Source: Chiloscyllium plagiosum (lineage: Eukaryota). Taken from it: a stretch of 61,858 bases of DNA. The position numbers and the translations under genes were made by a program. The stretch is from positions 13,750,731-13,812,588 of the forward strand of contig NC_057719.1 of the NCBI RefSeq assembly GCF_004010195.1. Direction: 5' to 3'. Positions 1 to 11,678 of the stretch are shown here, piece by piece (position 1 is the stretch's first letter; every line of letters begins with the position of its first letter). The notes beneath the pieces are model-generated. The model had not been told where the DNA came from and did not search any database. It worked only from the letters and a program-made list of their open reading frames with translations.

Positions 1-902
1 ATTTCAAATTATTGGATTTTGAACTAGTGGCATTGTTGTTTTCTATCTGCTGTAAAGAAGTTTTATGATTTACTTGCAAGTATTTCTATATCCATGTTGA
101 TTCTTTTTAAAACACTGTGTGAGGGGCAGACTTGCTAGAAAATAATGGGGTTTTGATTACAATAAGAGTTTTACAAGCACAGATTAAACAGTGTAGAACA
201 TCAGACTTCAGTTATCCCCTTCACTTAAGAGAAATATTAACTTCGTTTGGCAGGTTTTCTGAAGTTTTAGCTGAAGCTGTCTGAATAAGATAGTTGCTCC
301 TGAAGAAGAGAGATAGTTTAAAAAGTTAAGAAATAAATTACTTCAGTGCAGGGAAGGAGGTTGAAGTGTTTGGTTAAAACTCTGAAGGGGCTATTTGAAG
401 CTGACAAAGTCTAACCTCTGCTGTGTGAAGATTTGGGGAAGAGGCTGTCAGATTTTCAGGATTGCTGGGGATGCTGGAAGGTCTGAAGCTGGATAAATGA
501 CTTACCCCAGTGTTCTGAAGAGGAGAGCTGAGGAGATTGTAGATGCAATGCTGGTGATCGTTCAGGAATCACTGGAATCACAGAAGGCCAGAAAATATAA
601 ACATCTTTTTAAGGAAGGAGGCAGAGATTGAGAAATTATAGGATGGTTAGGCCATTTGTTGATTTTAGAATCTATTATTAAGTATGAGATTGTGGAATAT
701 TTGGAAGTGCTTGGTAAAATAATTCTGAGTCAGAATGCTTCATCAACAGAAGGTCATTCTTTTTAACTGCTTGCTGTACCAGTCAGTGCTTATAATCTTC
801 ACGTTACAATTCAGTTTTCAAGTGGGTTGCAAGAGAAAAATCAAGTGCTGAGACATGCCACAGAACTCTGCATGTTCAATTTCAGACAAAAGTACGTATG
901 AT

Positions 903-1218
903 GGCACGGTGGCTCAGTGGTTAGCACTGCTGCCTCCCAGCGCCAGGGACCCAGGTTCAATTCCCGCCTCAGGTATCTGTCTGTGTGGAGTTTGCACATT
1001 CTCCCTGTGTCTGTGTGGGTTTCTTCCGGGTGCTCCGGTTTCCTCCCACATTCCAAAGATGCGCAGGTCAGGTAAATTGGCCATGCTAAATTGCCCATAG
1101 TGTTAGGTGCATTAGTCAGGGGTGAATGTGGGGAGTGGGTCTGGGTGGGTTGCTCTTCAGAGGGTCAGTGTGGACTTAATGGGCTGAAGGGCTTGTTTCC
1201 ACACTGTAGGGAGTCTAA
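903..1218 (+). mobile_element. HE1-type tRNA-derived SINE
   Basis: A-box tggctcagtgg, B-box ggttcaattcc, core ctgtgtggagtttgcacattctcc, CR1-like 3' tail. Confidence 0.9.
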
Positions 1219-1658
1219 GGGTCATGGCTGAAAAAATCTCTGATAGATTTCTTTGAGGAGGCAAGACCAAGTTAGATGAAGGACAACCAGTGGATATGAT
1301 CTATTTGGATTTCCAAAAGGCTTTTGATATTGTGCCACACAGGACACCACTACTAAATAAGATAAGAGTGTTAGGGGCAAGGTACTGGCATGGATAGAGG
1401 ATTGGCTGACTGGCAGAAGACAAATAGTGGGGATAAAGAGTCTTTGTCAGGAAGGCAGCTGATGACTAATGGACTTCTACAGGGATCAGTGTTGGGGTGA
1501 AGGAACTGAGGGTATTGTTGCTACATTTGTAGAGGACACAAAGATAAGTGGAGGGACAGATCATGTTGACAATGCAGACAGACTTGGACATGCTAGGAGA
1601 GTGGACAAAGAAGTGGCAGATGGAATAGAATGTGGAAATGTGTGAGGTAGCACATTTT

Positions 1659-1760
1659 GGTAGTGTCCCTACCCCTGGACTGAGAGGCCTGGGTTCATAT
1701 CCCACCTGCTCCAGAGGTGTGTAATAACATCTCTAAACAGGCTGGCTAGAAAAATAGTTT
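1659..1760 (+). mobile_element. Short tRNA-like SINE fragment (different family)
   Basis: B-box-like gggttcatatccc preceded by ggtagtgtccctac; interrupts the CR1. Confidence 0.45.
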
Positions 1761-1774
1761 ACATATAAAAGAAA

Positions 1775-2090
1775 GCAGACCAGTCCAGGCAGCAAGCTGT
1801 GAAGGAAGTCAAATCTGCTGACTATCTGCCTCCTCCTCTGTGGATGTCCTTGGAGAGGGTGCGCGTGGTGTCCAATGATCTCGATGCTTTGGAGAGGTGG
1901 GCACTGCGGCGGATACACTGCTTTATTTCCCCCTCCAACTTCTTTTTAATCCAGCCTCTTCCCTGTCTCCCTAACCCCCTCTTCACTGTTGATAGTTTCC
2001 ATTGCCTGTAATGGACTTTGCTTATAAATGTCTAATTGATTACATGGGGGTTTTACTGGTGGTAGGTTAAACCAAGGAAAAGTCACAGCG
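1775..2090 (+). mobile_element. Tx1/L1-like LINE 3' fragment
   Basis: Translation SLERVRVVS...ERWALRRIHCFISP resembles the recalled shark Tx1-type ORF2 C-terminus. Confidence 0.5.
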
Positions 2091-4214
2091 ATTTGGTGGT
2101 GGGAAAGTCATTCAGTTGTGTGTGATAGCACTTCTGGGTTGAAGACAAAACAATTTATAGCAGACTCAGGAATGTCTGTCCCAGGCTGGGACTTGCCTGT
2201 TTACATTACAGGTAGTGGTTCTATTTTGGTGTACAATGAATAATAGTGCTCCTTTCCGATTGGTCTCCTGAGTTAATACAGAGACCTAGTTTGGGATTCT
2301 CTTAAGGTTAACATGAAGGTTCAGTTGGCGTTAGGAAGCCAAATGCAATGTTAGCATTCATTTGGAGAGGCCTGGAATACAAGAACAGGGGTGTACTACT
2401 GAGGCTGAATAAGGCTCTGGTCAGACTGCATTTGGGATATTGTGTGCAGCTCTGGGCCCCACATATAAGGCAGGTTCTGCTGGCATTGGATGGAGTCCAG
2501 AGGAAGTTCACAAAAATTTTGCTGGGGGATAAAGGGTTTATCACATAAGGAGTGGCTGAGGACTCTGGTCTGTATTTTGGGTTTAGAAGGATGGTGGAAG
2601 GATGTTACAGATTATTGAGAGGCCTGGATGGAGTGGAATTGGAAAGAAGTTTCCACTAGCTGGAGAGACTCGGACTTGAGGGCACAGCCTCAGAATGAAT
2701 GGACAACTCTTTTGAATGGAGATGTGGAGGACTTCCTTCAGCCAGAGGGTGGTGAATCTGTGGAACTCATATATGGAATACTTAGAATTCAATTGAAGGC
2801 TAAGGCAGAGATAGCTAGGTTCTTGATTATTAAGGGGATCAAAGGTTATGGAGAGAAGGCAGGAGAATGGGGTAGAGAAACACATCAGCCATGGGGAAGC
2901 AGATGTGATGGCCTAATGGACTAATTTTGCTCCGCTATCATATGGTCTTATTGTGAATTGGAGGTACAGTTAAATAAAACCATTTGGATGTGATGAAAAA
3001 GGGGAGTTTTTTCTGATGTGATTCATGGAATTTTATTTCACTGTGAGTTTCAAAATCTTTAAACTTGAGTTATAAGCAAATAATTTGTTTTATTGAAAAC
3101 TGTCTTTACTTCTTTTATGTAATAAACTTCTGTTTTATTGTGAATTCCAAATCTGCAGTATAGTGTTTTTTTTTAAATTTCAATCAAAGTCCACTTTGTT
3201 AAACTAAGAAAAAAATCCCCCACCAAGTCAGATTTCAGTCTGGGATCTGACTTATTCAATAATAACATCAGCTGGAATCATAACAATCTGAAATCCAACC
3301 TTAGAGAAACAATGTCTGCTATACCAGCACTCACCATTCCAATGGAATTTTAGGGTAGCAGTTGTTAATTCTCTGATAAATTTCTGCAGAGTTCCCTTTG
3401 AAGATGGAAATTAATTAACTTAATTAATAAATGGAAAATACAGAGCAACACCTTCGGAATATTCACCTCGACCCTAGCAACTCCTGGTTGATCCTTTCTC
3501 ATAATACACAGGGGAAAGGTTCATCGGTTTCTTGTTTAAAATGAACCAGTTTTCCACAGCAAATGACCTGAGAAAAGGCAATGTTGAACACTGAACATCT
3601 CAAAACCGAGATTAGCAGGAACTATCCTTCAGCAAAATGTTTAATGAACGTTGGGTACGTATGTGTGACTGTGCTCATATGCCGTGCTCTCTGAGGAATA
3701 CACCCAGACTGCTGCTTATAGTAAACGGCAATATGAAATTCTAAAGTACACAGTTAGTCAGATAACCTGCCGACGGCAGCTAATTCACTGGAGTTGCCAA
3801 CATTCTGACAGGCCAATTTATTATGAATAAGTAGCAAATTGCTGTTGAAAGCTTATCTCCTTCTCTAAAAGACCAGTGGGAGCTTCCGTTTGTGACAATA
3901 CCATACACACAATTCTTCTCTGTGGTAATGTGACCAGAGATTTAGTGTTTAGAATTACTTTGCATCAATACCAGACTTAAAGAGCAAACTAGTTACAATG
4001 TAGGTTACACTCTTGTAATGGCTACCAAAACAGCAGATTATATCAATTCCTAAATCCTTGATTCTGTTCGGGTTGTAAGTCCATTATCATGCATTGGCTA
4101 ACTTGCTAGATCCAGCATCAAGAGGAGATGGTGTGTGGAGCACTGTATTGATGAGGGCAATGAAAATTAACATTTGGAAGTGGGGTCAGAGAATATCTTT
4201 GAAAAGGTTTTTCT

Positions 4215-5003
4215 GTTATTTTTGCATGAGAGCTGGTTGTTGCTGGCAAGACCAGAATTTGTCACCCATCCCTAATTACTCTTGAACTGAATGGCTCATT
4301 AGGCCACGTTAGAGGGCAATTCAGATTGCCGGGCTCACTTCCTGATTGTCCAAAACTTGTTCACCATCTGCAAGGAACAAGTCCAGAGTGTGATGGGTGC
4401 AGCTCCAACAACACTCAAGAAACTTGATACCACCCAGGACAATGCAGACTCTTCATTGGCACCACATCCACTCCCTCCATCATCGATGCTCAGGAGCCGC
4501 AGTGTGTACTATCTACAAGGTGCACTGCAGAAACTCACCAAAGATCCTTAGATAACACCTTCCAAATCTGAGACCTCTTCCATCCAGAAGGATAAGGACA
4601 ACAGATACATGGGAGCATCAACACTTGTAAGTTCCCTTGCAAGCCACTCATCATCCTGGCTTGGAAATACTTTCTTCACTGCTGCTGGATGAAAATCCTG
4701 GAATTCCCTCCCTAAGGGCATTGTGGGTCAACCCACAGCAGGTGGACTGCAGCGGTTCAAGAAGGCAGCTCACCACCACCTTCTCAAGGGCAATTAGGGA
4801 CAGGTAATAAATGCTGGGCCCAGCCAGCGACACTCACATCCCATGAGTGAATAAAAAAACACATAGGTCTTACCAGGTAAGGATGACTGATTTATTTCCC
4901 AAAAGGGCATTAGTGAACTAAATGGATATTTGCAACATTGGGCCGTCATCAATAGGTTAAATTTTAATTGCAGACTTTATTGAATTTAAATTTTCTCATC
5001 TGT
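4215..5003 (-). mobile_element. Second tRNA-SINE family (shares its 3' tail with the Zenon-like LINE), interrupted by that LINE
   Basis: 4215-4335 and 4860-5003 are the reverse complement of the family seen intact at 27585-27930. Confidence 0.6.
4336..4859 (+). mobile_element. 3' fragment of a CR1/Zenon-like LINE
   Basis: TICKEQVQSVM..AAPTTLKKLDTTQD and WNSLP-type motifs; ends gaataaaaaaa. Confidence 0.7.
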
Positions 5004-5029
5004 CAATTCACTCAGTTTTCATGTAAATT

Positions 5030-5860
5030 GCGCAACCTCATGAAAGGCTGTAACATGGTCGCTCATAGTTCAGAAAAGTGTCCATTCTACATCTGACTAC
5101 TTTGAAGGAGAAGGTTTCTCGAAGGTTTGAGCCACAGTTGAAGCTAGCTGTTTAATGGTGCTACTATGCAATAGTAACATGAGCGGTTATCACCACTAAC
5201 AGGATGCTGCCATCGTGACAAAAAGGCCTTCTGCCCTATCACACAAATGAATAAGGTGGTATATAAATTTCAGTGCTGGTGTGATACCAGATATGAAGGC
5301 CATGTGTCCTAAAGACTAGCGGACAGTATCTAAATGCATTTCCCTTCAGCCGTTTGCAACATGTAGAGTATAGACTCCACTCAAATATTTGCAATTGTGC
5401 TCAACATTAGTTGAGATTCTGCAATTAGTCAATACTTGCTTACGATCCTCAATGTTTGAAGAAATACACTGACAACAATTTAGGATTGCCAGTCAGGTAT
5501 GCACTTATTTGCACTGGAGGCTACACATAATAAAAGACAGGTAGACGGAACATGTACATGCACTGCACCTGTTTAAACTCAATAAAATAGTTAATAGCTA
5601 TTCGTTCATTCATTGTTCAAGGCACTTAACAATGAGAGTCAATCTGTCTGCTTTAAAATTTAAACAAAACCTGGCAGTTAACTGTCAAGCTTCATTAATT
5701 GGTACATTCTCTGTGGCAGTGCCTCTACCAATCAGAGTCCACTTGCCGATCAATAACCATCTCCTGTTCTGAAGTGTAAATATTGGATTCCTCCTTGGGT
5801 TGAGAATTGTTCTGATCAATACAAAATGGCAAACCTCTCCCAAATGTATCTATTTCCTCA
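5030..5860 (+). mobile_element. Decayed Penelope-like element 3' part (GIY-YIG endonuclease plus terminus)
   Basis: Manual translation from ~5250 gives NKVVYKFQCWCDTRYEGHVS*RLADSI*MHFP, then DSAISQYLL, DPQCLKKYTDN and LEAT. These are typical PLE GIY-YIG motifs with stops and frameshifts. Confidence 0.7.
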
Positions 5861-7070
5861 ATTAATAGCCAGAACATTGTTCTCTTTTCAACATAAAAAT
5901 AAACCCCTTCTGAACATGCACATTCTAATTCAGTTTTATAAGTTTAATCATAGCTTTCAACATTTTAAATAAAGAAATCCCCTTTGTGAATTCTAAGACC
6001 CGAACAAATAGGAACAGTGGTAGGCCATTCTGCCCCTTGGGTCTGCTCCCCCAATTACAGCTGATCCAACATTCCTCAAGTCCACTTTTGTGGGTTGCAC
6101 CCTTATTTAAGCATCTGCCTGAACTCTGTATGTCTGCTCCTGCTGATCTTCAATTGAGAGACTCTGATTGGTGGCCCGGTTTCAGCCTGCATCCCTCCCC
6201 AGGCCTGGGCTGGCCAATGGGGAAATGATGAAGGCACAGATTGCATGGCAAGGATGGAGGCAGTACTGCTCTCAGCCCAGGACAGGACAACAGGTTCATG
6301 TTCCATGGAGCTTCTGCCACTCATTCCGATTGCCAGCCCAGCAATTCTAATAATCTGCTGCATGACAGATCACCTTGAAGCTCTGTGAAGCTGCTGTGAA
6401 CAGTGTTGCTGTATCCGTGAGGCAGTACACCTTTATTCTACATAGCTACCGAACATGGGCACAAGGAACTGCATGTCATAGTAATAACAGATCACGAGGA
6501 ACTAGAACTGCAGGGCTCCAGATAAGATGCCCTCTCTTATCATCTTTACAGATGCGTTCAATAAAGCCTGTTTGTGTTCGCTCTCAAGAACACAGAAATC
6601 ACGTTACTTAGTATTCAGGACTATGATGCTGCAGTAGACTCAGCTTTGACTGCAGCACTCAAACTTTCGATAAAATCCTTTCAGGGAAAATGCGTGTGCT
6701 GCAGCATAAGGTCAGACACAAGCCTTCGGACTGGTTGGGTTCGACAGAGGTGGCCATGCATTCCTTGTTGGCAAGTAATAGGGATGCATGTAGCTGCCCG
6801 GCACATTCATCCTATGGCACAGGAGGCCACTCAGCCCATTGTACGCCTGCACCTGAAAAAATTCCTACAAAGTTTGATCCCACTTTCCAGCTCTCTGTCT
6901 GTAGCCTTATAAATTCAAGCACCTCAAGTTGATCTCCAAGTATCTTTTATCAACGCAATGTAGGTTTCTACCTCTATCGCTCTTTCAGGCAATGAGCTCC
7001 AGACCCTGAGCACCCTCTCCCTGCTATAGGAAGGATGTTGTGAAACTTGAAAGGGTTCAGAAAAGATTTA

Positions 7071-7243
7071 CAGAGGAACCTTGATTATCCAGCATTCGAT
7101 TAACCAAATTTCCAATTATCTGAAGAAGATCATATGGTCCTGATGTGTGGCTAACTATGTTATTCAGCATCGATTATCTGGCATTCTACTAACTGAAGGA
7201 AACACTCCCCAACCTTGTCCTTTGGATAATCGAGGTTCCTCAG
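7071..7243. mobile_element. 173-bp Tigger/pogo-like MITE
   Basis: 21-bp TIRs cagaggaaccttgattatcca / tggataatcgaggttcctcag (2 mismatches) with TA duplicated at 7069-70 and 7244-45. Removing it restores the CR1 sequence aaaagattta|caaagatg. Confidence 0.85.
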
Positions 7244-7589
7244 TACAAAGATGTTGCTAGGATTGGAGGGTTTGAGCTACAAGGAGAGGCTGAACAGGCT
7301 GGAGTTGTTTTCCCTGGAGCGTCAGAGGCTGAGGGATGACCTTCCAGAGGCTTATAAAATCATGAGGGGCATGGATAGGATAAATAGACACAGTCTTTTC
7401 CCTGGGGTGGGGGAATCAGGAACTAGAGGGCATAGGTTTAGGGTGAGAGGGGAAAGATATAAAGAGGGACCAAAGGAGCAACTTTTTCACACAGAAGGTG
7501 GTGCATGTATGGAATAAGCTCCCAGAGGAAGTGGTGGAGGCTGCTACAATTACAACATTTAAAAGGCAGCTGGATGGTACATGAATAAG

Positions 7590-8697
7590 TTGAATTTGAA
7601 TTTTGAATTTGAATTGAATTTATTGTCACATGTACCGAGGCACAGTGAAAAGCTTTGTCTTGCAAGCAATACAGGCAGATCACAGAGTTAGGTAGCATAG
7701 ATAGTAAATAATAGGTAAATGGGGGCAAAAACAAAACACAGATACAGGTGAATGTTAAGAGTTTGTGATTCCATTCAGTATTCTGAAACAACAGTAGGGT
7801 AGAAACTGCTTCGAAACCGGTAGGTGCGTGTGTTCAGGTTTCTGTACCTTCTCCCCGATGGTAGAGGTTGTAGAAAAACATCGCCAGGGTGGGATGGATC
7901 TTTGAGAATGCTGGTGGCCTTTCCTTGACCGCGGGCCTGGTAGATGAATTCTATAGATGGGAGATTGGCCTTTGTGATTGTCCGGGCTGAGTTCACCACT
8001 CTCTGTAACCGTCTCCGATCTTGAATGGTACAGTTGCCATACCAGGTAGTGATATGTCCAGACAGAATGCTCTCGATGACGCACCTATAAAAGTTGGCGA
8101 GGGTATTCGCTGTCATGCCAAATTTCCTCAGCTGCCTGAGGAAGAAGAGATGTTGTTGGGCCTTTGTGACCAGTGCGTCCACATGAAGGGTCCAAGAAAG
8201 CTTGTTGTGGAGCTTGACACTCTCCACTCGTTCCACCTCTGTGCTGTTAATATGTAGGGGGGCATGAATAACATCCTGCTGAAAGTCAATAATGAGTTCC
8301 TTGGTTTTGCTGGCATTGAGAGCTAGATTGTTCTCAGTGCACAATTTTTCCAGGTTTTCCACCTCCCGTCTGTAGTCTGTTTCGTCGCCATCTGAGATTC
8401 GACCAACTATGGCAATGTCATCAGCGAACTTGTAAATGGCATTAGTCTGGTATTTGGCAACACAGTCATGGGTATACAGTGAGTACAGTAGGGGGCTGAG
8501 TACGCACCCCTGGGGCGGCGCTTCAGTGTTGAGTGTTAGTGAGGATGAAATATTGTCACCAATCTTCACTGATTGTGGCCTGTGGGTCAGGAAACTGAGG
8601 ATCCAGTCGCAGAGAGTGGGGCTTAGTCTGAGATCACTAAGCTTAGTAATCAGTCTCGAGGGGATAATAGTGTTGAAGGCTGAACGGTAGTCAGTGA
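7590..8697 (-). mobile_element. 5'-truncated Rex1/Babar LINE
   Basis: RT motifs [29 protein letters not shown]; (TTCAA)n-like tail at 7590-7620. Confidence 0.9.
7775..8569 (-). pseudogene. Rex1 reverse transcriptase C-terminal ORF (frame stays open upstream to ~8697)
   Basis: 264-aa ORF in the track with QG and FADD motifs. Confidence 0.85.
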
Positions 8698-8850
8698 GGG
8701 TTTTATGGGATATGAGCCAAGTGCTGGGAAATGGGACTAGATTAGGTTAGGATATCTGATTGGCATGAATGAGTTAGATTAAAGAGTCTGTTTCCATGCT
8801 GTACATCTCTATAACTGTGATTATATGCTCAATTGTCCTCTAAATCTCCC

Positions 8851-9158
8851 TAGATTAGATTCCCTACAGTATGGAAACAGGCCCTTCGGCCCAACCAGTC
8901 CACACCGATCCTTGGAAGAGTAACCCACCCACATCAATTTCCCTCTGACTAATGCACCCAACACTACAGGCAATTTAGCATAGCCAATTCACCTGGCCTA
9001 CATATCTTTGGACTGTGGGAGGAAACCGGAGCAAACCCGCACAGACACGGGGAGAGAATGTGCAAACTCCACACTGACAGTCGCCCGAGGCTGGAATCGA
9101 ACCTAGGACCCTGGTGCTGTGAGGCAGCATTGCTAACCACTGAGCCACCATACTGCCC
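8851..9158 (-). mobile_element. HE1-type SINE
   Basis: Reverse complement of the 903-1218 family, full length with tagattagat tail. Confidence 0.9.
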
Positions 9159-9456
9159 ATACTTCTGCCTATTTGTTTCATAAATGTCTGTAATGACACA
9201 GATTATAAAATACCAGTGGCATCTGCCATTACCTTTGAATTATAGTCTCTCTTTATTTTTAAAATTTATTCTCAGGAACATGAGCATCCTGGCTCGGCCA
9301 ACATTTATTGTCCACACTTAATTTCCCTTGATAAGGTGGTGATGAACTGTCTTCTTGAACAACTGCAATCTGTGTAGTGTCCTTAAGGAGGAAGTTTGGA
9401 CTGAGTAACATTGAAGGAACGGTGATATAGTTCCAGTCAGGATGATGTGTGATTGA

Positions 9457-10529
9457 TATTATGATCCCAGTTGATGTTATTACTGGACAAATCAAATCCT
9501 GGACAAAGACCTGGCTTGATGGAACATATTTTACTTCATTTTGGTTTTACTGAAATAGTCTCTCACTGAAATATAAGTATGCAATTTTGCAGATTTGATT
9601 TTAACAGAAAATCAGAATTTTATTTCACATAAAGATCAAATAGAATATGACCTAACAATTTATACATAGCACAAGTTTAGAAGTTGTGGAACATATGGTG
9701 AAATATTATCCCATTAATTTCAATAGCACTCCTTCATATGTTCTAAAACACGCCTTTACAGTTTTCACATAGGGGAAAAAAATCTTTTCCTAGCATCTTG
9801 ATTGGCTTAATGTAACTGTTAATTCATCTACAATCTGATTAGACTTTTCCTGGACTTCTCCTGGGTTTAAATATTCCTGGGCTTAAATGTTCTGAGCTTC
9901 AAATAATCTCTTCAGGATTTTATTCAAACACTTCTGGTCTGGAATGATTATTAATCGCCTTACTCCAAAACAATCTAATTTTACTATCTTTTTTCATGCA
10001 GAGGAGTGCTGCACTATGCATCCATCTTTATTTAAGAACTTTTGGATGACTATCCAAACTGAAACTAAAAAAAACAGCTTGATTTTCAAACTCTGTGCTC
10101 AGAGCCCAGCACACAAGGTTAAGCCTAAAAAAAACCCCAGAAATTTTGAAAAGAAATGCTGATGTTTAGTTTGCTGAGTCGTTAACTCTTACTTACAGAT
10201 AAAACATCAATTCTGCAAGTTGCCTCTTCATCTTGTTGTTTCAAAGTAAATCGTTATGATTGCAGAAAAGCTCATAGGCTAATCGTTAAACCCTTCAGGC
10301 AGATAGAGAAACCCATATGTGACCACTTCAAAGTTTAAAGAAATCCAAATAAAAATAAATGATATTCTTCAGTATTTACTCAGGAACAGGGCATTGTTGT
10401 CGATGAGAATACTGAGTCACAAATAAGTAGAATGGATGGCTTTGATGTGACCACTTCAAAGTTTAAAGAAATCCAAATAAAAATAAATGATATTAGAATA
10501 TATATATAAATCACACATCCTACACCACA
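9457..10529 (-). mobile_element. Probable ~1.07-kb solo LTR inserted in a Zenon-like LINE fragment
   Basis: Interrupts LINE sequence (9255-9456 / 10530-10700). Terminus tattatgatcccagttgatgttatta matches the reverse complement of 3260-3285; the other end reads TGtggtg on minus. Confidence 0.5.
10317..10494 (+). repeat. 50-bp perfect direct repeat (10317-10366, 10445-10494)
   Basis: atgtgaccacttcaaagtttaaagaaatccaaataaaaataaatgatatt occurs twice with a 78-bp spacer. Confidence 0.95.
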
Positions 10530-10623
10530 CTTGCAGGTGGTAGTGTTTTCATTCACCTGCTGCCCTTGCTCTTTGAGATGGCAGAGGTTGTGTGTTTAGA
10601 AGGTGTCGTCAAAGGAGGTTTGC

Positions 10624-11470
10624 AAGTTGCTGCTGTTCACCTTGTAGCTGGTACACATTTTGACCTGTGTGCTGGTGATGGAAGGAGTGAAAAACTCAAT
10701 CTAACATGACCATCAAGTGGTTCAGAAAAGATTCGCGAGGATGTTGCCAAGGTTGGAGGGGTTGAGCTATAGGGAGAGGCTGAATAAGCTGGGGCTGTTT
10801 TTCCCTGCAGTGTTGGAGGCTGGGGGGTGAACTTATAGAGGTTGATAAAATCATGAGGGGCATGGATAGGGTAAATAGGCAAGGTTTTTCCTCTGGGGTG
10901 AGGGTGTCCAGAACAAGAGGGCATAGCTTTCGGGTGAGAGGGGAAAGGTTTAAAACGAACCTAAGGGGCAACTTTTTCATGCAGAAGGTGGTGCTTGTAT
11001 GGAATGAGCTGCCAGAGGAAGTGGTGGAAGCTGGTACAATGGCAACGTTGAAAAGGCATCTAGATGGGTAAATGAATAGAAAGAGTTTTGAGGGATATGG
11101 GCCAAATGCTGGATTTATTTTGGGTATCTGGTCAGTGTGGATGAGTTGGACTGAAGGATCTGTTTCTGTGTTGTATATCCCTATGATTCTGTTAGATCAA
11201 CCCTCATTCAATAAAGCATGTCACTGGCCATGTGAAGAGAATACAAAAAAAAGATACCCAGCTGCTGATACAATCACATGGTCCTATATGATTACTAAAC
11301 AGTGGAAACAGCATGCCTTAGACCAAACAAAAATCTTAGACTTGTTCTCTGACATGCCTCATTGAATGAGGGTTGATGTCCTGGCTTGATGGTAATAATA
11401 GATTGAGGGTTTCACCCCTTCCATCACCAGCGCACAATGTGCCAGCTACAAGATGCAATGACAGCAACTT
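10624..11470. repeat. Interrupted fold-back inverted repeat
   Basis: 10624-10717 pairs with 11385-11470, and 11196-11223 pairs with 11350-11377 (26/28). Confidence 0.8.
10718..11192 (+). mobile_element. CR1 (HER1-like) 3' fragment
   Basis: ORF 10853-11071 RTRGHSFRVRGERFK...WNELP; ctatgattct tail. Confidence 0.9.
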
Positions 11471-11678
11471 AGTGGTTGAGAAGGCAAATGGAATGCTTTG
11501 ATCTGACAGAAAGCAGTTCAGAAGAAAGTTCTGTAGTCTTGTTACATCTAATCATGCTCGAAGGCAAGGAATCGGAGGAGTCAGTTCCATGAATGTTCCC
11601 ATAGTCAATGACGACAAAGACCATCACACCAAGACAAAAGATGAACAATCATCTTCATCCAGAAGTGAAGAATCACAC

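Larger units (their letters stand above)
430..2952 (+). mobile_element. Old fragmented CR1 (HER1-like) LINE, RT region to 3' end, interrupted by SINEs and a Tx1-like fragment
   Basis: Decayed CR1 ORF2 motifs (DFQKAFD near 1300; LVRLHLGYCVQLWAP in ORF 2348-2548) and a CR1-type tail near 2930-2950. Confidence 0.8.
116..3285 (+). mobile_element. Probable solo LTR split by a CR1 insertion (LTR parts ~116-430 and ~2955-3285)
   Basis: Starts TG and ends ...ataataacatcagctggaatcataaCA, with AATAAA at 3121. The 3' end is similar to the reverse complement of 9457-9525. No clean TSD seen. Confidence 0.4.
7018..8822 (+). mobile_element. CR1 (HER1-like) 3' fragment hosting a MITE and a Rex1 insertion
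   Basis: ORF 7251-7517 GLEGLSYKERLNRLELFSLERQRLR; CR1 sequence resumes at ~8697 after Rex1. Confidence 0.85.

Noticed and set aside
903..975. tRNA gene-like A/B boxes
   Set aside because: These are SINE heads continuing into SINE body, not standalone tRNA genes.
841..1100. Recurrent peptides such as VAQWLALLPHS / GNLAWPIHLTC suggesting a gene family
   Set aside because: They are translations of HE1 SINE copies.
6574..6932. Overlapping 112-aa and 80-aa ORFs in unique sequence
   Set aside because: No recognisable domain, non-ATG start for the longer one, weak splice signals.
10317..10494. CRISPR-like repeat-spacer-repeat
   Set aside because: Only two units, AT-rich, eukaryotic context, no cas genes.
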